Below, in pieces: positions 20,851 to 31,067 of a stretch of 64,000 nucleotides of DNA. The position numbers and the translations under genes are program-made. This DNA is from a virus. The DNA lies in the IMG/VR virus record IMGVR_UViG_3300025853_000045, positions 1 to 64,000 of that record; one strand, written 5' to 3'. The notes under the pieces are model-generated. The model did not search any database. It had not been told where the DNA came from and was given only the letters and a program-made list of their open reading frames with translations. Position 1 is the stretch's first letter. Each line of letters begins with the position of its first letter.

Positions 20851-21462
20851 TCAAGCCAAAAGCAAAAGTAGTGTGACTGATTCAGTCGTTCCTGATGTGT
20901 TTGTCAAGACCAAAGGAGTTCTCTTGTGCAAAGCCGCGTCGTCGTTCATTTGAACGGTCGCGTTTGCGCTAAGAGTAATTGATGTTGCATCAAGAGCGGT
21001 TAGTGTTCCAACAATTGCTCCTTCTGCATTAAGGACGAAATCACCAACACTAAATTGTGTTGTCGCGTCGACACCATCAACATTGGCAGTCGATTCACTT
21101 GTCAACAAGTTTGCGGCATCATTGATTAGAACTCCGCTTGCGGCGTGTTGGGATAGACCCGGTGCGGCATTGGATTCAGCCCATTGACACGATGCGTGCA
21201 TAATTTCGCTGACTTGACCCGAAAGGGTTAGTGTTGCATTGTCTGTCGCGGTCGACCAATGAACGACAACCAATCGTGGGTTGAATTTGTTCGCTCGGTC
21301 GGTCTGCTGTGGCTCAAAAGAAGCGAGAGAACCGGGATAGGCCGCGCCCATCCAAAGTGTCTCGTCTTGGTCCACTCCACCTTGAAGTGGCAAGTCCATT
21401 AGGACGTCGACGCCACCTGCGCTCGATGTGTATGTTATTCCTCTATGTGTTACTGCTACCAT
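20851..21462 (-). CDS. Putative capsid decoration/minor head protein (203 aa)
   Basis: First gene after the capsid gene; GAGGTGA ribosome site; beta-rich with a FSVGDFV module. Confidence 0.55.
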   Translation of the reverse strand: MVAVTHRGITYTSSAGGVDVLMDLPLQGGVDQDETLWMGAAYPGSLASFEPQQTDRANKFNPRLVVVHWSTATDNATLTLSGQVSEIMHASCQWAESNAAPGLSQHAASGVLINDAANLLTSESTANVDGVDATTQFSVGDFVLNAEGAIVGTLTALDATSITLSANATVQMNDDAALHKRTPLVLTNTSGTTESVTLLLLLA

Positions 21463-21473
21463 ATTTCTTCACC

Positions 21474-22619
21474 TCATTGTAGGTCGCGAATTGAACCGCT
21501 TGCACCAAAGAAAGAACACCATAGTTCACCCATTGTTCGGTAAAGACCTTCTTGTCCAAGACGGTTAATCGCGAATGGGTCTCCGGTTTCAATTCCGGAT
21601 TCAAAGTATTGTGTCGGGATAGCGGTTTGGAACCACAAGTAATCCGTGTCGAGATAGTAAATTCGCGACAGACTGCTTGCACCTTCGTCAGGCATATCCT
21701 TTGTTGGAATCATTGGGACACCGTTGTAAGTAGCAACGATGAATCCTGCTTCAAGACCGGGAACACCCTTGACACCGTTGAAGGTTGGGGTGACACGCTT
21801 GCTGTCCATGAATCGCTGTTGTGATTGTAGGAGTTGTTGAACACGCATGAGTGTGTCGTAGCCTGTAAGCATGACCTTCGGATTACCACCGCGAGTCCAA
21901 AGTTGTTGGAACAATCCGTCCATCTGATTGAGGGATAGGTTGCGGTTTGCGGATGAGGAATCGACGTCGACTTCCGCGCTGTGGAAAGCGGCAGAACCAT
22001 CGCGAGTGATGGAATACATGTCGTGGTCGGTCAACGCGCTAACGTGCGTTGTTCCTGTGGTCATCTTGTCAGGGTCAGAAGTGATTCGGTCAAGAGACTC
22101 AAAATCATTGCCGACAGGAGTGTCGACATCTTCAAGGAGCATTCGGTTGATGTGTTCAGCGTGGTGCTTACCCATCTCTTCCTTGAGGACTTGTCGGACA
22201 TCGCCCATACCGTCGTCCTTGTCAGAAAGGAACATGCTTACTTCCGAAAGGTCGAAAGTGTGCGCGACAGTCTTTGGCTTTGCGGCAACGTGAAGGAATT
22301 CAGGCTTGGAGGTGTCAGGGAGAGTTCCGTTCTCCGCGATACCGCCACCCTTTGCGAAATCAGCGCGCTCGGTGAGGATACGCCATCCGCTTCGTTCCCA
22401 CGGTTTCTTTGGAAGAATAGAGAAGGCGTTAAACTCTTGGTTGAGTTGCGACCATACTTTTCGTCCGTAAATTGCTTGGTATGTTCCTGCGGTGCTGGAC
22501 AACAAAGGCGCGTCGGCCTTGAGAATGTCACCTGCTCCGTAGGTATATCCTGTTTGGGATGCGCCACCGTAATAATAACGCTCCATGTCTTGAACTGTTC
22601 TTACATAATTTCTTGCCAT
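21474..22619 (-). CDS. Major capsid protein, HK97 fold (381 aa)
   Basis: Follows the protease; GGAGGTGA ribosome site; motifs AFSILPKKPW, GGGIAENGTLP, KPKTVAH, FESLDRI, ATYNGVPMIP, IYYLD. Confidence 0.9.
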   Translation of the reverse strand: MARNYVRTVQDMERYYYGGASQTGYTYGAGDILKADAPLLSSTAGTYQAIYGRKVWSQLNQEFNAFSILPKKPWERSGWRILTERADFAKGGGIAENGTLPDTSKPEFLHVAAKPKTVAHTFDLSEVSMFLSDKDDGMGDVRQVLKEEMGKHHAEHINRMLLEDVDTPVGNDFESLDRITSDPDKMTTGTTHVSALTDHDMYSITRDGSAAFHSAEVDVDSSSANRNLSLNQMDGLFQQLWTRGGNPKVMLTGYDTLMRVQQLLQSQQRFMDSKRVTPTFNGVKGVPGLEAGFIVATYNGVPMIPTKDMPDEGASSLSRIYYLDTDYLWFQTAIPTQYFESGIETGDPFAINRLGQEGLYRTMGELWCSFFGASGSIRDLQ

Positions 22620-24043
22620 CAGATTTCACCTCCGTTCAACGCTTTACCTGCGAGTCGGTGGACGTCGTCCCACGACATGTTCGCGAGTTCAGCGGTGTCA
22701 GGAATAGTAACGTTAGCGGTGGAAGCGGACTTTGAAATCATCGAACCACCTGTGGAAGAAACGTTGTCAATGCGGTCATTGAGAGCAAGGACAGCCTTTT
22801 GTAATTCAACCATAGGACCGCGAGCGTCGAATTGACTCTTAGCGATTGCATCAGCCTCCGCCTTTTGCTCCTTCATGAAGCGGTCGGTAAAGTGGCTGTT
22901 CAAGTCAGACTTGAATTGTTGCTCAGTCGCGGCGGCTTTGAACACTTCGTAAGCGGATTCAATCTCACTTGGCGAAACGTTGTTCGCGTTGAGATAGTCG
23001 CTCTTAATTACGTTCTTGTTACCGCTTGGCGCGGAGCCAAAGTTCGGTTGAGGACGCTTTCCGGAGTCGTCTTCACCTGCACCTTCAAGAGAGCCTTGTC
23101 CGCGCATGTCAAAACCTGATTCACCGGGTCCGTATCCTTTGCTGAAATGGTCGCGAGCCGCGAGCGGGTCGAAACCTGCACTCTTAGCGGTCGATTCAAG
23201 CCATGTCAGGTAGTCCATCGTTATCATATCGTCACCTTTTTGTGTCATATCATCACCATACATCATGTCTTCTTCATCCTCGTCGTCTTCGGGTTCATCT
23301 TCGTCGTCGTCGCGAGGTGGAGTCTTTTTCTTTGGCTTGTCGTCACCGAATGGGCCGGGTTCGCCATCTTGGTCGCGGTCGAGAGGGAGTGGCATAGCCG
23401 CGTCTTTCTCTTCCTTGTCTTTCTTCTTCTTATCGTCGTCCTCTTCCTTGTCCAATTTTTTAGACAAGCGTTCAAGGACACTTTGTAATTCACTCATTGT
23501 GTTTGTCATTGTATCACCTGTGGTGTCTTCCTTGAGGATACGAAATTGCGCTTCAGGGTTGATTCCCTTTTCACAAATAGTAACCTCATGGAGTTCCATA
23601 CGACGAATCTCGCGGTAATCTCCGCGTGTTTGGTCGCTCTTGTTGACGCGCTCAAATGCTTGACCACCAATAGAAAACGAGCGCAGGTTTCCTTTGCGGA
23701 TTTCAGAAGCCACTTCTCGCGCCTTCTCGATGTCGCCACGCAACTTGATGACGACGAACATGCCTGTGTCATCCACTTCGGATTTCCACAGACGTCCTGA
23801 TGAGTCAGTATAGGAAGGAATGACTGTTCCGACTTGAATGTTGGAGTGTGCGAGTTGCACATTGCGAAATCCGTCAGCCTTCATGAAGTTGCCAAATGCG
23901 TTTTTCAAAGCACTACGGGTGATTAAATCTCCCTGCTTGTCAACCATTTCGACAGAAGCATATCCCGCGACAACAAGGTCGTCACCAATACCCTTCAAAA
24001 TGAGGGGATTGGAGGAACCCGTTGGAGCCGCAAGAATCGCCAT
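22619..24043 (-). CDS. Prohead maturation protease (HK97/XkdF-like) fused to scaffold (474 aa)
   Basis: VAGYASVEMVDKQGD, catalytic His (LAHS), catalytic Ser (RSFSIGG), LHEVTIC..GINPEA; acidic and coiled-coil C-terminal half. Confidence 0.9.
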   Translation of the reverse strand: MAILAAPTGSSNPLILKGIGDDLVVAGYASVEMVDKQGDLITRSALKNAFGNFMKADGFRNVQLAHSNIQVGTVIPSYTDSSGRLWKSEVDDTGMFVVIKLRGDIEKAREVASEIRKGNLRSFSIGGQAFERVNKSDQTRGDYREIRRMELHEVTICEKGINPEAQFRILKEDTTGDTMTNTMSELQSVLERLSKKLDKEEDDDKKKKDKEEKDAAMPLPLDRDQDGEPGPFGDDKPKKKTPPRDDDEDEPEDDEDEEDMMYGDDMTQKGDDMITMDYLTWLESTAKSAGFDPLAARDHFSKGYGPGESGFDMRGQGSLEGAGEDDSGKRPQPNFGSAPSGNKNVIKSDYLNANNVSPSEIESAYEVFKAAATEQQFKSDLNSHFTDRFMKEQKAEADAIAKSQFDARGPMVELQKAVLALNDRIDNVSSTGGSMISKSASTANVTIPDTAELANMSWDDVHRLAGKALNGGEI

Positions 24044-24061
24044 TGCCTCACGGATTCATCG

Positions 24062-27000
24062 TCATGGTATATCAAGGGAACTGTTCTCAATCGCGATAAC
24101 GCCATCATCTTCAAGCGTTGCTACTTCGCCTTCACTTGTTCGCAGTCGCTTGGTTTTCTTTGCTGTCGCGGGCTTTTCTTCGCTATCGTCGCGTGCCGCA
24201 GGGTCGAAGTCAGGCATGGTGTCGTCGTTGATATTCTGTGTAGGTCCTCGCGGAGATTCATCAGGTGTTGCATAACCTATACCCAACCCCTGCACACCTG
24301 TGCTTGTAATCTTCTCTTTCGTGATATGTTCCAAACCACGCTCAATCAAATCAAGACCGCGCTTGATAACTTCTTCTTCATCTTCCAACACATGCTTTCG
24401 TTTCTTACTGTGACCCGCAGGTGGTTCAGGTTTAACTTCGTCATATTCAGGTTGTTCAACACCCTCTTCTTTCAACAACATCGCCGCTTTCAATTCCCAA
24501 TATGGCTCTTGGTCATGCGCTAAACGAACGAGATACTCGTTGCCCCAAACACTTGATTGAGGTTCGACAACCCACACACCATCTTCGATACGCGTCTTAC
24601 AGATTACGTCGTCATCGAAAGCAGGGAAGTTGATGATGATGTTCCCCTTCTTCATCGCGACGCGCTGTGCAACGTGGTGTTCACCTGACATGACTGCGAG
24701 CGTTTCCACACTATCGGCGGCTAACGGTTCGTTGTCTGTAATCTTCCCACTTCGTATTCTGTATGTTGGATGCTCACCGTTGGATGCGCTCACACCTGTG
24801 CATTGAACCGTAGCAAAGTCTCCTTCTTTCAACCCTCTTGGTCCTTTCGCGCTTCCGACCATCATGTAATGTTCTCCATCAATTTCTTGTGCGCGCTTAC
24901 CATAATGTTCAGGGTGCATGAGTGGACCAACGCCGATGGTGTAATTCTTACCGCTACGCGATAAGATGACGACATCGACCATCTTTTCTTTTGTTAGCAA
25001 AACCCACTTAGGATGTCGAGGCTCTCCCTTCATGTAGGTTGCATTTGCATCGCGAAGAAGGATGTCCATGTCCTTTTCTTTTCGTAATCCTTCGATGGCA
25101 ACTGCCAATCCTTCATCGTCGCTACGCTTTGTGTTGATGGGTTCAGGCATCTTGATGTGTTCACTCGATTCGTATTGAGCGCGGAGGTGACGGATACGGT
25201 CTTTCGTTGGCATGTTGTGTGTGTCTTCATCCGCTGTCTTCAACAAATCAATAACGGTCATCATTCCATCATGAAGAATCGCGTGAACCGTGAAGTCTTT
25301 TTCGTAAACCTTCTCCACCTCTTCCAAAATCTTCTCATCCAATTCCACTTCTCCGTCTGTGCTGTATGCTGTTAATTTGTCTTTCTTCTTTGTCGCGATG
25401 ACATGCTCGCCCTGCGGATAAAGACTGATAACCCAATCACCTGTAAATCCGCGCAAATGTTCCATATCTTTGAGGTCGAAGATGCGATGCATGAATTTAA
25501 CAGGTTGAGGTTTGCCGTCTTCTTTCGTTATGATTGAGTCGTCGATGATACGGTCGAACGATGTCATAATGTTGGGGTCGTCGAGACCTGTGGATTGTTG
25601 CGCTCTCGTATCGAAATGTGAAGGGTCGTTGGAGATGTGATTTGACGCGCTGTAATCGTATGGTTGTAAGAGGGGATTGACGTCTCGTAATCCATCTCGC
25701 GAAACAACAAGTCGCATGTCGCCATTGTTCGGTAAAGGGTTTTGAGCATTCTTCGGTGTCTCAATAAGGAAGTTGCCATTTCTTTTCAGCGCGTCTTTGT
25801 TGAAGATGACAGGAGGTTTGACGTTCTTACCGAACTCAAATTGATTGTGTCGGCTAAGGTAAAGCGGTATGAGTGTCGCGTTTGAAGGACTGCCACCGCC
25901 AACAGGAAGGTCGCTGTGAGTTATATCTTTGTTGACTTTGTATGACGTTGTTTGGTCGTTTAACGCGAAAGCAAGACTGCGCAACTTTTTCAATTTTGAA
26001 CTGCGGTCTTTCTTTGAACCTGATGGGAAAATTTCGTTGACATTGAAAATCTGTTTTTGCGACTGCCGTATCCCTTTACCTAACACAGCAACGTCGCTTC
26101 CCATTTTCGTTTTGTCAAGCAATTGACCCATGACAGCGTGGATTGCGTTGAATTCTTTTTGCATCGAAAGCGGTTTGCCTTCGTCGAATATCGCATCACC
26201 GCCATGCAGTATGCCGTGTTTTTCTGAACCCAACTTGAATATGTCAGCGCGATTATGAACGTGAGACAAGTTCTCAAAGATGTCTCCATGTAATTCATGA
26301 GGGTCTTTGATGACTGCCGCGAGCGTTTCTTCTTTTCGTCCTCGGCGTCGTGCATCTTGAGTTTTTGAAGGAGCGGGTGCTGAAAGAGGTTTTGCGAGAC
26401 GATTGTGTGCTAAGTAACGCGAAACAAATGCATCTTCAAACGATATGCCTTGTTCGTTCGCCGCTTCTTGCACCTTCTCGATAACCTTGTTGAAAATTTT
26501 TCGCGTTCGGTTGTCGCCGTCGAACAAACGATTTGCTAACTCATATCCCTTCGGAAGACCGTCAGGGTATTCGTGAGCCAAGCGCATTCGGTCTCCACCT
26601 CCCGTCATGTCGTGATGGTTGCGTCTCACTCTCAATTTCTTAATGCGGTCTGCCATTTCAGGCGTAATGAGTGTGTGCATTGGTATTTGTTTGTCGCTCT
26701 CCATACCCGCGATGGTGTATCCTGTCATCTTCCCTTTCGCCATCAATCTCGACTGTTCATCAGAAGTGAGGTGTGTGGCTATGTATTCAGCGATGTGCAG
26801 ACCATATGCCGTCATAGCGGTCGCTTCGTTGTTCTCAACGTTCGTCATACCCTCATATCCGAATGCTTTAGGGTAGTGGGCTTCGATAGCAGGACGAACC
26901 ATCATATCGAAGACTTCTTTGACAACATCGTGCGTCTGACGTCCCAACTGCATCTTGTCGTGGAACGGACTTTGTTCATCGTTGTCTTGGTAAAGATGTG

Positions 27001-29986
27001 AATTCGCGCCAATGCTGTTGATTTTTTGCATCAGAAAATCGCGCTCGACATCATCCTTTGTAAATTTCAATTGTTCAACATACGCTTCGGTATCGTTTTG
27101 AGCAAGAGAATGTTCATCGGGGGCTATCACATATTCGACACCGTCAATCGTTCCGAACTTCTTGGCTTTATCGACCGTCGTCATCGCTTGATTCACACGC
27201 TTTCCTAACGCTTGCATGTTGCCATCGTAATCATCATCAAGCGTGATGAGTTCTTGTTTCAACTCTTTGTCGGTCAACCCACCGTGAGAAATGGGTGAAG
27301 GTAAGACGTATTCATTGTTTGAGTAGCGCGTATCAAGATATTTTTGATAATCCTCAAGCGAATAAATGGAGTAGCGCATCGGTTGAGAGCCAATTTGTGT
27401 GTCAAACAATTCGGAATTGATTCTGTCAGAATCGCGAACTCTCCCTGTCGGGTCAGTTCGATTCATTGATTTGTATTGACCTTTCTTCCAAGCATCGAGC
27501 GCGTCGTCGTCGTGAACGTCGAGAGGTTCGTGCGCGCCCAACAAACCAATACCAATAGCCAAACGATGTTGAGGATTGTTGCGGTCGTGATTTAACCGCG
27601 CAACATCCTGAACGCCTTGCATCAACTGTTCAGCAAAGAACAATCGGTCGTGACCTTTGCTGTCAGCGTTATCGCGTAACAATTGCATCCTCGCCATAGG
27701 ATAAGGTGAGACGGTGTCTCGCTCTTCACGCAGTCCGTCGAGACCCATCATCGACATTTCGTCCATAGGGTCAGACATGAAATGAGCCTCCGAGCCGACA
27801 AAAGGCGTGAGTGAATCGCTCGTCACTCGTCGTAAGAGTGGCATACCACGCGTGTAATCTTCCATCTCTTCTCCGACAAATTCTTCGGTATCACGCATCG
27901 GTCTTTTGCGCTCTCTTAACCGTATGCGAACTTCATTACCTGCCTCAAATTGCTCAACCAATCGCTCCGTTTCTTCTTCTCCGTATCCGTTCCTTTGTGC
28001 TGTATTCCGAAGGCGCGTCTTTTGCTGTTCGTTCAATGCTTCATCTTTCTCGTTGGGTTTGAACGTATCCATAAGGGCTTCGCGCATTCTTCCTTTTTTC
28101 CTTCCGTATTTTGTTCCGAGAGCCTTCCCTTTGACATCTTGTCGGAATGCAGGAAGAACGTTGCGCACAGGTAAATCTTCAAACCAAACACCCGGCATCG
28201 CGCCTTCTCTTAATTGTGGGAAATCATCAAAGTCGAAATCAAAATTACCTCCACCTCCACCCATAACGTCCATGAGCATACCGTATGCCGTCATTTCGTG
28301 ACGTGCGTCGTCAGGGTGTAGCCAATCTTCATCGTTGGTGTGCGTGTAGTGCAAATCGCTCATACTGTCCAACAACGTGTCGATTTTAGCCTCGCTGACT
28401 TTCGTTGTCGCGGCTTGATGAGCAAATGCTTGTTTGAATTTTTTGCCACTTTCTGTTTTGAAAAATCCGTGTTCAGCGAGTGCTTTCAAATCTTCAATTG
28501 TCATGTCGTCTTCCATCTCAATCGAATCTTCACCGAAAAAATCGTTCTTGACGATTTTAGGAAACATACCATGACCATAGACTGCTAAATCATTCGCGTC
28601 GGCGTATTCATCAAGTGCGTCATTCAACTCGTCCGAATCATTCATCGCCTCAAACGTTCGCTTCATAACATCTTGACTTAAATTTCGATAACGTCCTTCT
28701 GTAAAGTCGTTTGCAAATTTGTCGATTCTTTCATTCGGTGCGCTGTCGATTGCTTGTTTAGCGGTGCTGTCGTTAAGATAACGGTTTGGCGTAACGTGAG
28801 TGAATCCTCGTCGTAAAGACCCTCCTGAATACATATCGCGTAGCGCAGTCTTCATCAAACGATTATGCAACGCCATGTAGCCCAATACGTCATTGAAATT
28901 GTTTCCAACAATTTTCTTCAAATCAGATGGATTTTGCGCGCCGTTCAACTTCCAATAAGTGATGTCGCGTTGCATATCGGCAGGGAGCATATACACACCA
29001 TCGACGTAAGCATCTGTGCCTGTTCGTTCATGCGAAGGTATGACCCATCGTCCATCGTCTGTTTGTATGCGAACATCGTCTTTCACAGCCTGATGAAGGG
29101 ATACACCCGCACCTTCTTTCACTTGAAGATTATTCTCGTCGATGGCTTGTTTGAAGATGTAATCTCGCGGAAGACCCTCATTCTCCCATTGTTTACACCA
29201 TACAAAAAGAGGTTTCATAATCTCGGACTCTTCACCGAATTTTTCAACGAAATCCTTTTTGAAATCTTGATAGCCGATGTCAAACATTTTTTCGATGGTA
29301 AAATTCTGACCACTCCAATTGCCGAGTATGGTGTCTTTTCTCAACGATGGATGCAATTTTTTCGCGGCTTGCATCATTTTTTTGTTGAATTGAGAAGCGA
29401 GAGCGTGAGGTGGTGAAAACATAGCACGCATGAGTTGTTGGAAAATTGGTTTGCTATGATACGACGGTATGTCGTCTTCATATGTTGGGTGAAGGTTGAG
29501 CGCATGAATAGGGTGGTGAGGGTGTGTGATGTCCTCTTCATCGTAGTCTTCGGTGTTCGGACGAGTTTGCATACGCCAACCGTGTGCTTTTCGCGTCATT
29601 GCGTCGATAGCACTTTGGTTGTTTTCATCGTGTGCTTTCACCCAATCATCAACATGAAAAAGACGGATTGCACGATGTTGCGGTCGACGCGCAGGTTCAT
29701 GTTTTGTTGAGCGCGAAGTTACAACTTTGGATTGTTGAAACGAATCAACAGGGATTTCGTCGATTGGATTGTCAACTTTTTGTCGCAAAGCATCCCTACT
29801 TCGCTTCATCTGTCGAAGATACTTCTTCGCGTCTTTCAGAACAGGTATGGTTGTAACACCTTCATTGCGCAAATTCTGTGCGCTCATTAAGACATTGACT
29901 GCTTCGTCGCTCGCGTCACCTTTGAGTAGTGCGTCGTAAAAGTCGCTCACCATTCTCGCATGGTATTGCAATGCATTTTCACGCAC
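24062..29986 (-). CDS. Large head-module protein (1,974 aa) with C-terminal degenerate ATP-dependent DNA ligase-like domain
   Basis: GDWVISLYPQGEH...AYST, VIDLL, PTKDRIRHL, ILLRDANATYMKGEPRHPKW, VDVVIL follow the order of ligase motifs I-V plus OB fold (~24700-25500). Confidence 0.75.
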   Translation of the reverse strand: MRENALQYHARMVSDFYDALLKGDASDEAVNVLMSAQNLRNEGVTTIPVLKDAKKYLRQMKRSRDALRQKVDNPIDEIPVDSFQQSKVVTSRSTKHEPARRPQHRAIRLFHVDDWVKAHDENNQSAIDAMTRKAHGWRMQTRPNTEDYDEEDITHPHHPIHALNLHPTYEDDIPSYHSKPIFQQLMRAMFSPPHALASQFNKKMMQAAKKLHPSLRKDTILGNWSGQNFTIEKMFDIGYQDFKKDFVEKFGEESEIMKPLFVWCKQWENEGLPRDYIFKQAIDENNLQVKEGAGVSLHQAVKDDVRIQTDDGRWVIPSHERTGTDAYVDGVYMLPADMQRDITYWKLNGAQNPSDLKKIVGNNFNDVLGYMALHNRLMKTALRDMYSGGSLRRGFTHVTPNRYLNDSTAKQAIDSAPNERIDKFANDFTEGRYRNLSQDVMKRTFEAMNDSDELNDALDEYADANDLAVYGHGMFPKIVKNDFFGEDSIEMEDDMTIEDLKALAEHGFFKTESGKKFKQAFAHQAATTKVSEAKIDTLLDSMSDLHYTHTNDEDWLHPDDARHEMTAYGMLMDVMGGGGGNFDFDFDDFPQLREGAMPGVWFEDLPVRNVLPAFRQDVKGKALGTKYGRKKGRMREALMDTFKPNEKDEALNEQQKTRLRNTAQRNGYGEEETERLVEQFEAGNEVRIRLRERKRPMRDTEEFVGEEMEDYTRGMPLLRRVTSDSLTPFVGSEAHFMSDPMDEMSMMGLDGLREERDTVSPYPMARMQLLRDNADSKGHDRLFFAEQLMQGVQDVARLNHDRNNPQHRLAIGIGLLGAHEPLDVHDDDALDAWKKGQYKSMNRTDPTGRVRDSDRINSELFDTQIGSQPMRYSIYSLEDYQKYLDTRYSNNEYVLPSPISHGGLTDKELKQELITLDDDYDGNMQALGKRVNQAMTTVDKAKKFGTIDGVEYVIAPDEHSLAQNDTEAYVEQLKFTKDDVERDFLMQKINSIGANSHLYQDNDEQSPFHDKMQLGRQTHDVVKEVFDMMVRPAIEAHYPKAFGYEGMTNVENNEATAMTAYGLHIAEYIATHLTSDEQSRLMAKGKMTGYTIAGMESDKQIPMHTLITPEMADRIKKLRVRRNHHDMTGGGDRMRLAHEYPDGLPKGYELANRLFDGDNRTRKIFNKVIEKVQEAANEQGISFEDAFVSRYLAHNRLAKPLSAPAPSKTQDARRRGRKEETLAAVIKDPHELHGDIFENLSHVHNRADIFKLGSEKHGILHGGDAIFDEGKPLSMQKEFNAIHAVMGQLLDKTKMGSDVAVLGKGIRQSQKQIFNVNEIFPSGSKKDRSSKLKKLRSLAFALNDQTTSYKVNKDITHSDLPVGGGSPSNATLIPLYLSRHNQFEFGKNVKPPVIFNKDALKRNGNFLIETPKNAQNPLPNNGDMRLVVSRDGLRDVNPLLQPYDYSASNHISNDPSHFDTRAQQSTGLDDPNIMTSFDRIIDDSIITKEDGKPQPVKFMHRIFDLKDMEHLRGFTGDWVISLYPQGEHVIATKKKDKLTAYSTDGEVELDEKILEEVEKVYEKDFTVHAILHDGMMTVIDLLKTADEDTHNMPTKDRIRHLRAQYESSEHIKMPEPINTKRSDDEGLAVAIEGLRKEKDMDILLRDANATYMKGEPRHPKWVLLTKEKMVDVVILSRSGKNYTIGVGPLMHPEHYGKRAQEIDGEHYMMVGSAKGPRGLKEGDFATVQCTGVSASNGEHPTYRIRSGKITDNEPLAADSVETLAVMSGEHHVAQRVAMKKGNIIINFPAFDDDVICKTRIEDGVWVVEPQSSVWGNEYLVRLAHDQEPYWELKAAMLLKEEGVEQPEYDEVKPEPPAGHSKKRKHVLEDEEEVIKRGLDLIERGLEHITKEKITSTGVQGLGIGYATPDESPRGPTQNINDDTMPDFDPAARDDSEEKPATAKKTKRLRTSEGEVATLEDDGVIAIENSSLDIP

Positions 29987-29997
29987 ACTTCACCACC

Positions 29998-30348
29998 TCA
30001 AGAATAATCGGTGATTGAATACGCTCCTTCAGGATTCTTGTCAGATGGGTCGCCTTTCTTGTTTTCGTGCGCTTCAAGAGTGTTCGGATGGCCGATAGGT
30101 GTGAATTTGATTTCTTCTTTCTTCGGAGCAGTTCGCGATACATCTTCTGTGGTGATGCGTCGTTGATTGGTGTCGTAGTATCCTGTGCGAACAGGTTCAA
30201 CACCTGTTACATTCGCGAAAAGGTCAGCACTTTCTGTGCCGAAGTCTTTGGTTTCTTTGTCGACTTTTTCAATCAAATCGTTGGCTTGCTTGATAAGTTC
30301 ATCAACGTCAGGCGCGAGTTGTCCTGCTTCGACTTTCATTGGTTTCAT
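29998..30348 (-). CDS. Hypothetical head-module protein (116 aa)
   Basis: GGAGGA ribosome site; 4-nt overlap with the upstream gene. Confidence 0.7.
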   Translation of the reverse strand: MKPMKVEAGQLAPDVDELIKQANDLIEKVDKETKDFGTESADLFANVTGVEPVRTGYYDTNQRRITTEDVSRTAPKKEEIKFTPIGHPNTLEAHENKKGDPSDKNPEGAYSITDYS

Positions 30349-30695
30349 TGGTCAATCCTCCTTCCTTCTGCTTCGGCGGCTGTATTTGCCATTGCGTGAA
30401 TTTCGTCCCATGACATATCGTGCCATTCTTCGTTTGATTCAGGCATCGACATACCTACGTCGTCAATGGCGGCGGCGGCTTTACTGATAACATTGTCACG
30501 GTCTCCGCGAAGTGGGTCGCCCCACACATCTTCATTCGCAGGAGTGTTGGCTCGGACAAAGCCCGCGCGCTTGAGTAACAGTTCAGGTGTATCCATACTT
30601 TTTCGCATCGACGTGATTTCAGCATCCATCGACTCCATTTTACTGATGAGTGCTTTCATCAGTATCATAGCATCGGTTTGCTCACTCACGCTCAC
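30345..30695 (-). CDS. Scaffold-like small protein (~116 aa)
   Basis: Coiled coil plus C-terminal MSWDEIH, matching MSWDDVH at the end of the protease/scaffold. Confidence 0.65.
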   Translation of the reverse strand: MSVSEQTDAMILMKALISKMESMDAEITSMRKSMDTPELLLKRAGFVRANTPANEDVWGDPLRGDRDNVISKAAAAIDDVGMSMPESNEEWHDMSWDEIHAMANTAAEAEGRRIDQ

Positions 30696-31030
30696 ACCTG
30701 ACCTTGCTTCTTGAAGTGTGAACCAATGCGGTCAGGTCCGATGTATCCCATAGGTCGTTCGCTCTTCGCGATGACGCCTTGAGTGCTGTTGAATTGAGCG
30801 ACAGGGAAGCCACCTGCGAATCGGTCGTTGACACCGAGAACACGGTCGCCGCCTTGTTCGGACTTGTAAATTTGACCCACGTCATCCGCGAGATAATCAC
30901 TTGTGGATTGGATACTGCGAAGAAATTGTTCGGCTGAAACGAGGTCGTTGTTTGCAAGCGCGACCTTGAATTCAGATAGCGCGGTTTCCAATTTGCGAAC
31001 CATCGGGTCCATCTTTTGCAATAGGCTCAT
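30692..31030 (-). CDS. Hypothetical head-module protein (112 aa)
   Basis: Start moved to MSLLQKMDP to remove overlap with the portal gene. Confidence 0.7.
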   Translation of the reverse strand: MSLLQKMDPMVRKLETALSEFKVALANNDLVSAEQFLRSIQSTSDYLADDVGQIYKSEQGGDRVLGVNDRFAGGFPVAQFNSTQGVIAKSERPMGYIGPDRIGSHFKKQGQV

Positions 31031-31049
31031 ACGGTTTACGAGGAAAGCC

Positions 31050-31066
31050 CACGCCTTTAAGTTATC
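31050..31066 (-). promoter_or_regulatory. Candidate TATA-like promoter for a leaderless transcript
   Basis: GATAACTTAAAGG about 25-30 nt upstream of ATG 31030, with no Shine-Dalgarno sequence. Confidence 0.35.
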
Positions 31067-31067
31067 C

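Noticed and set aside
21443-24275. Long antisense ORFs over capsid and protease genes (e.g. 21981..22835)
   Set aside because: A typical by-product of biased codon usage in the sense genes.
24700-25500. Functional DNA ligase
   Set aside because: The catalytic Lys and other motif residues are substituted.
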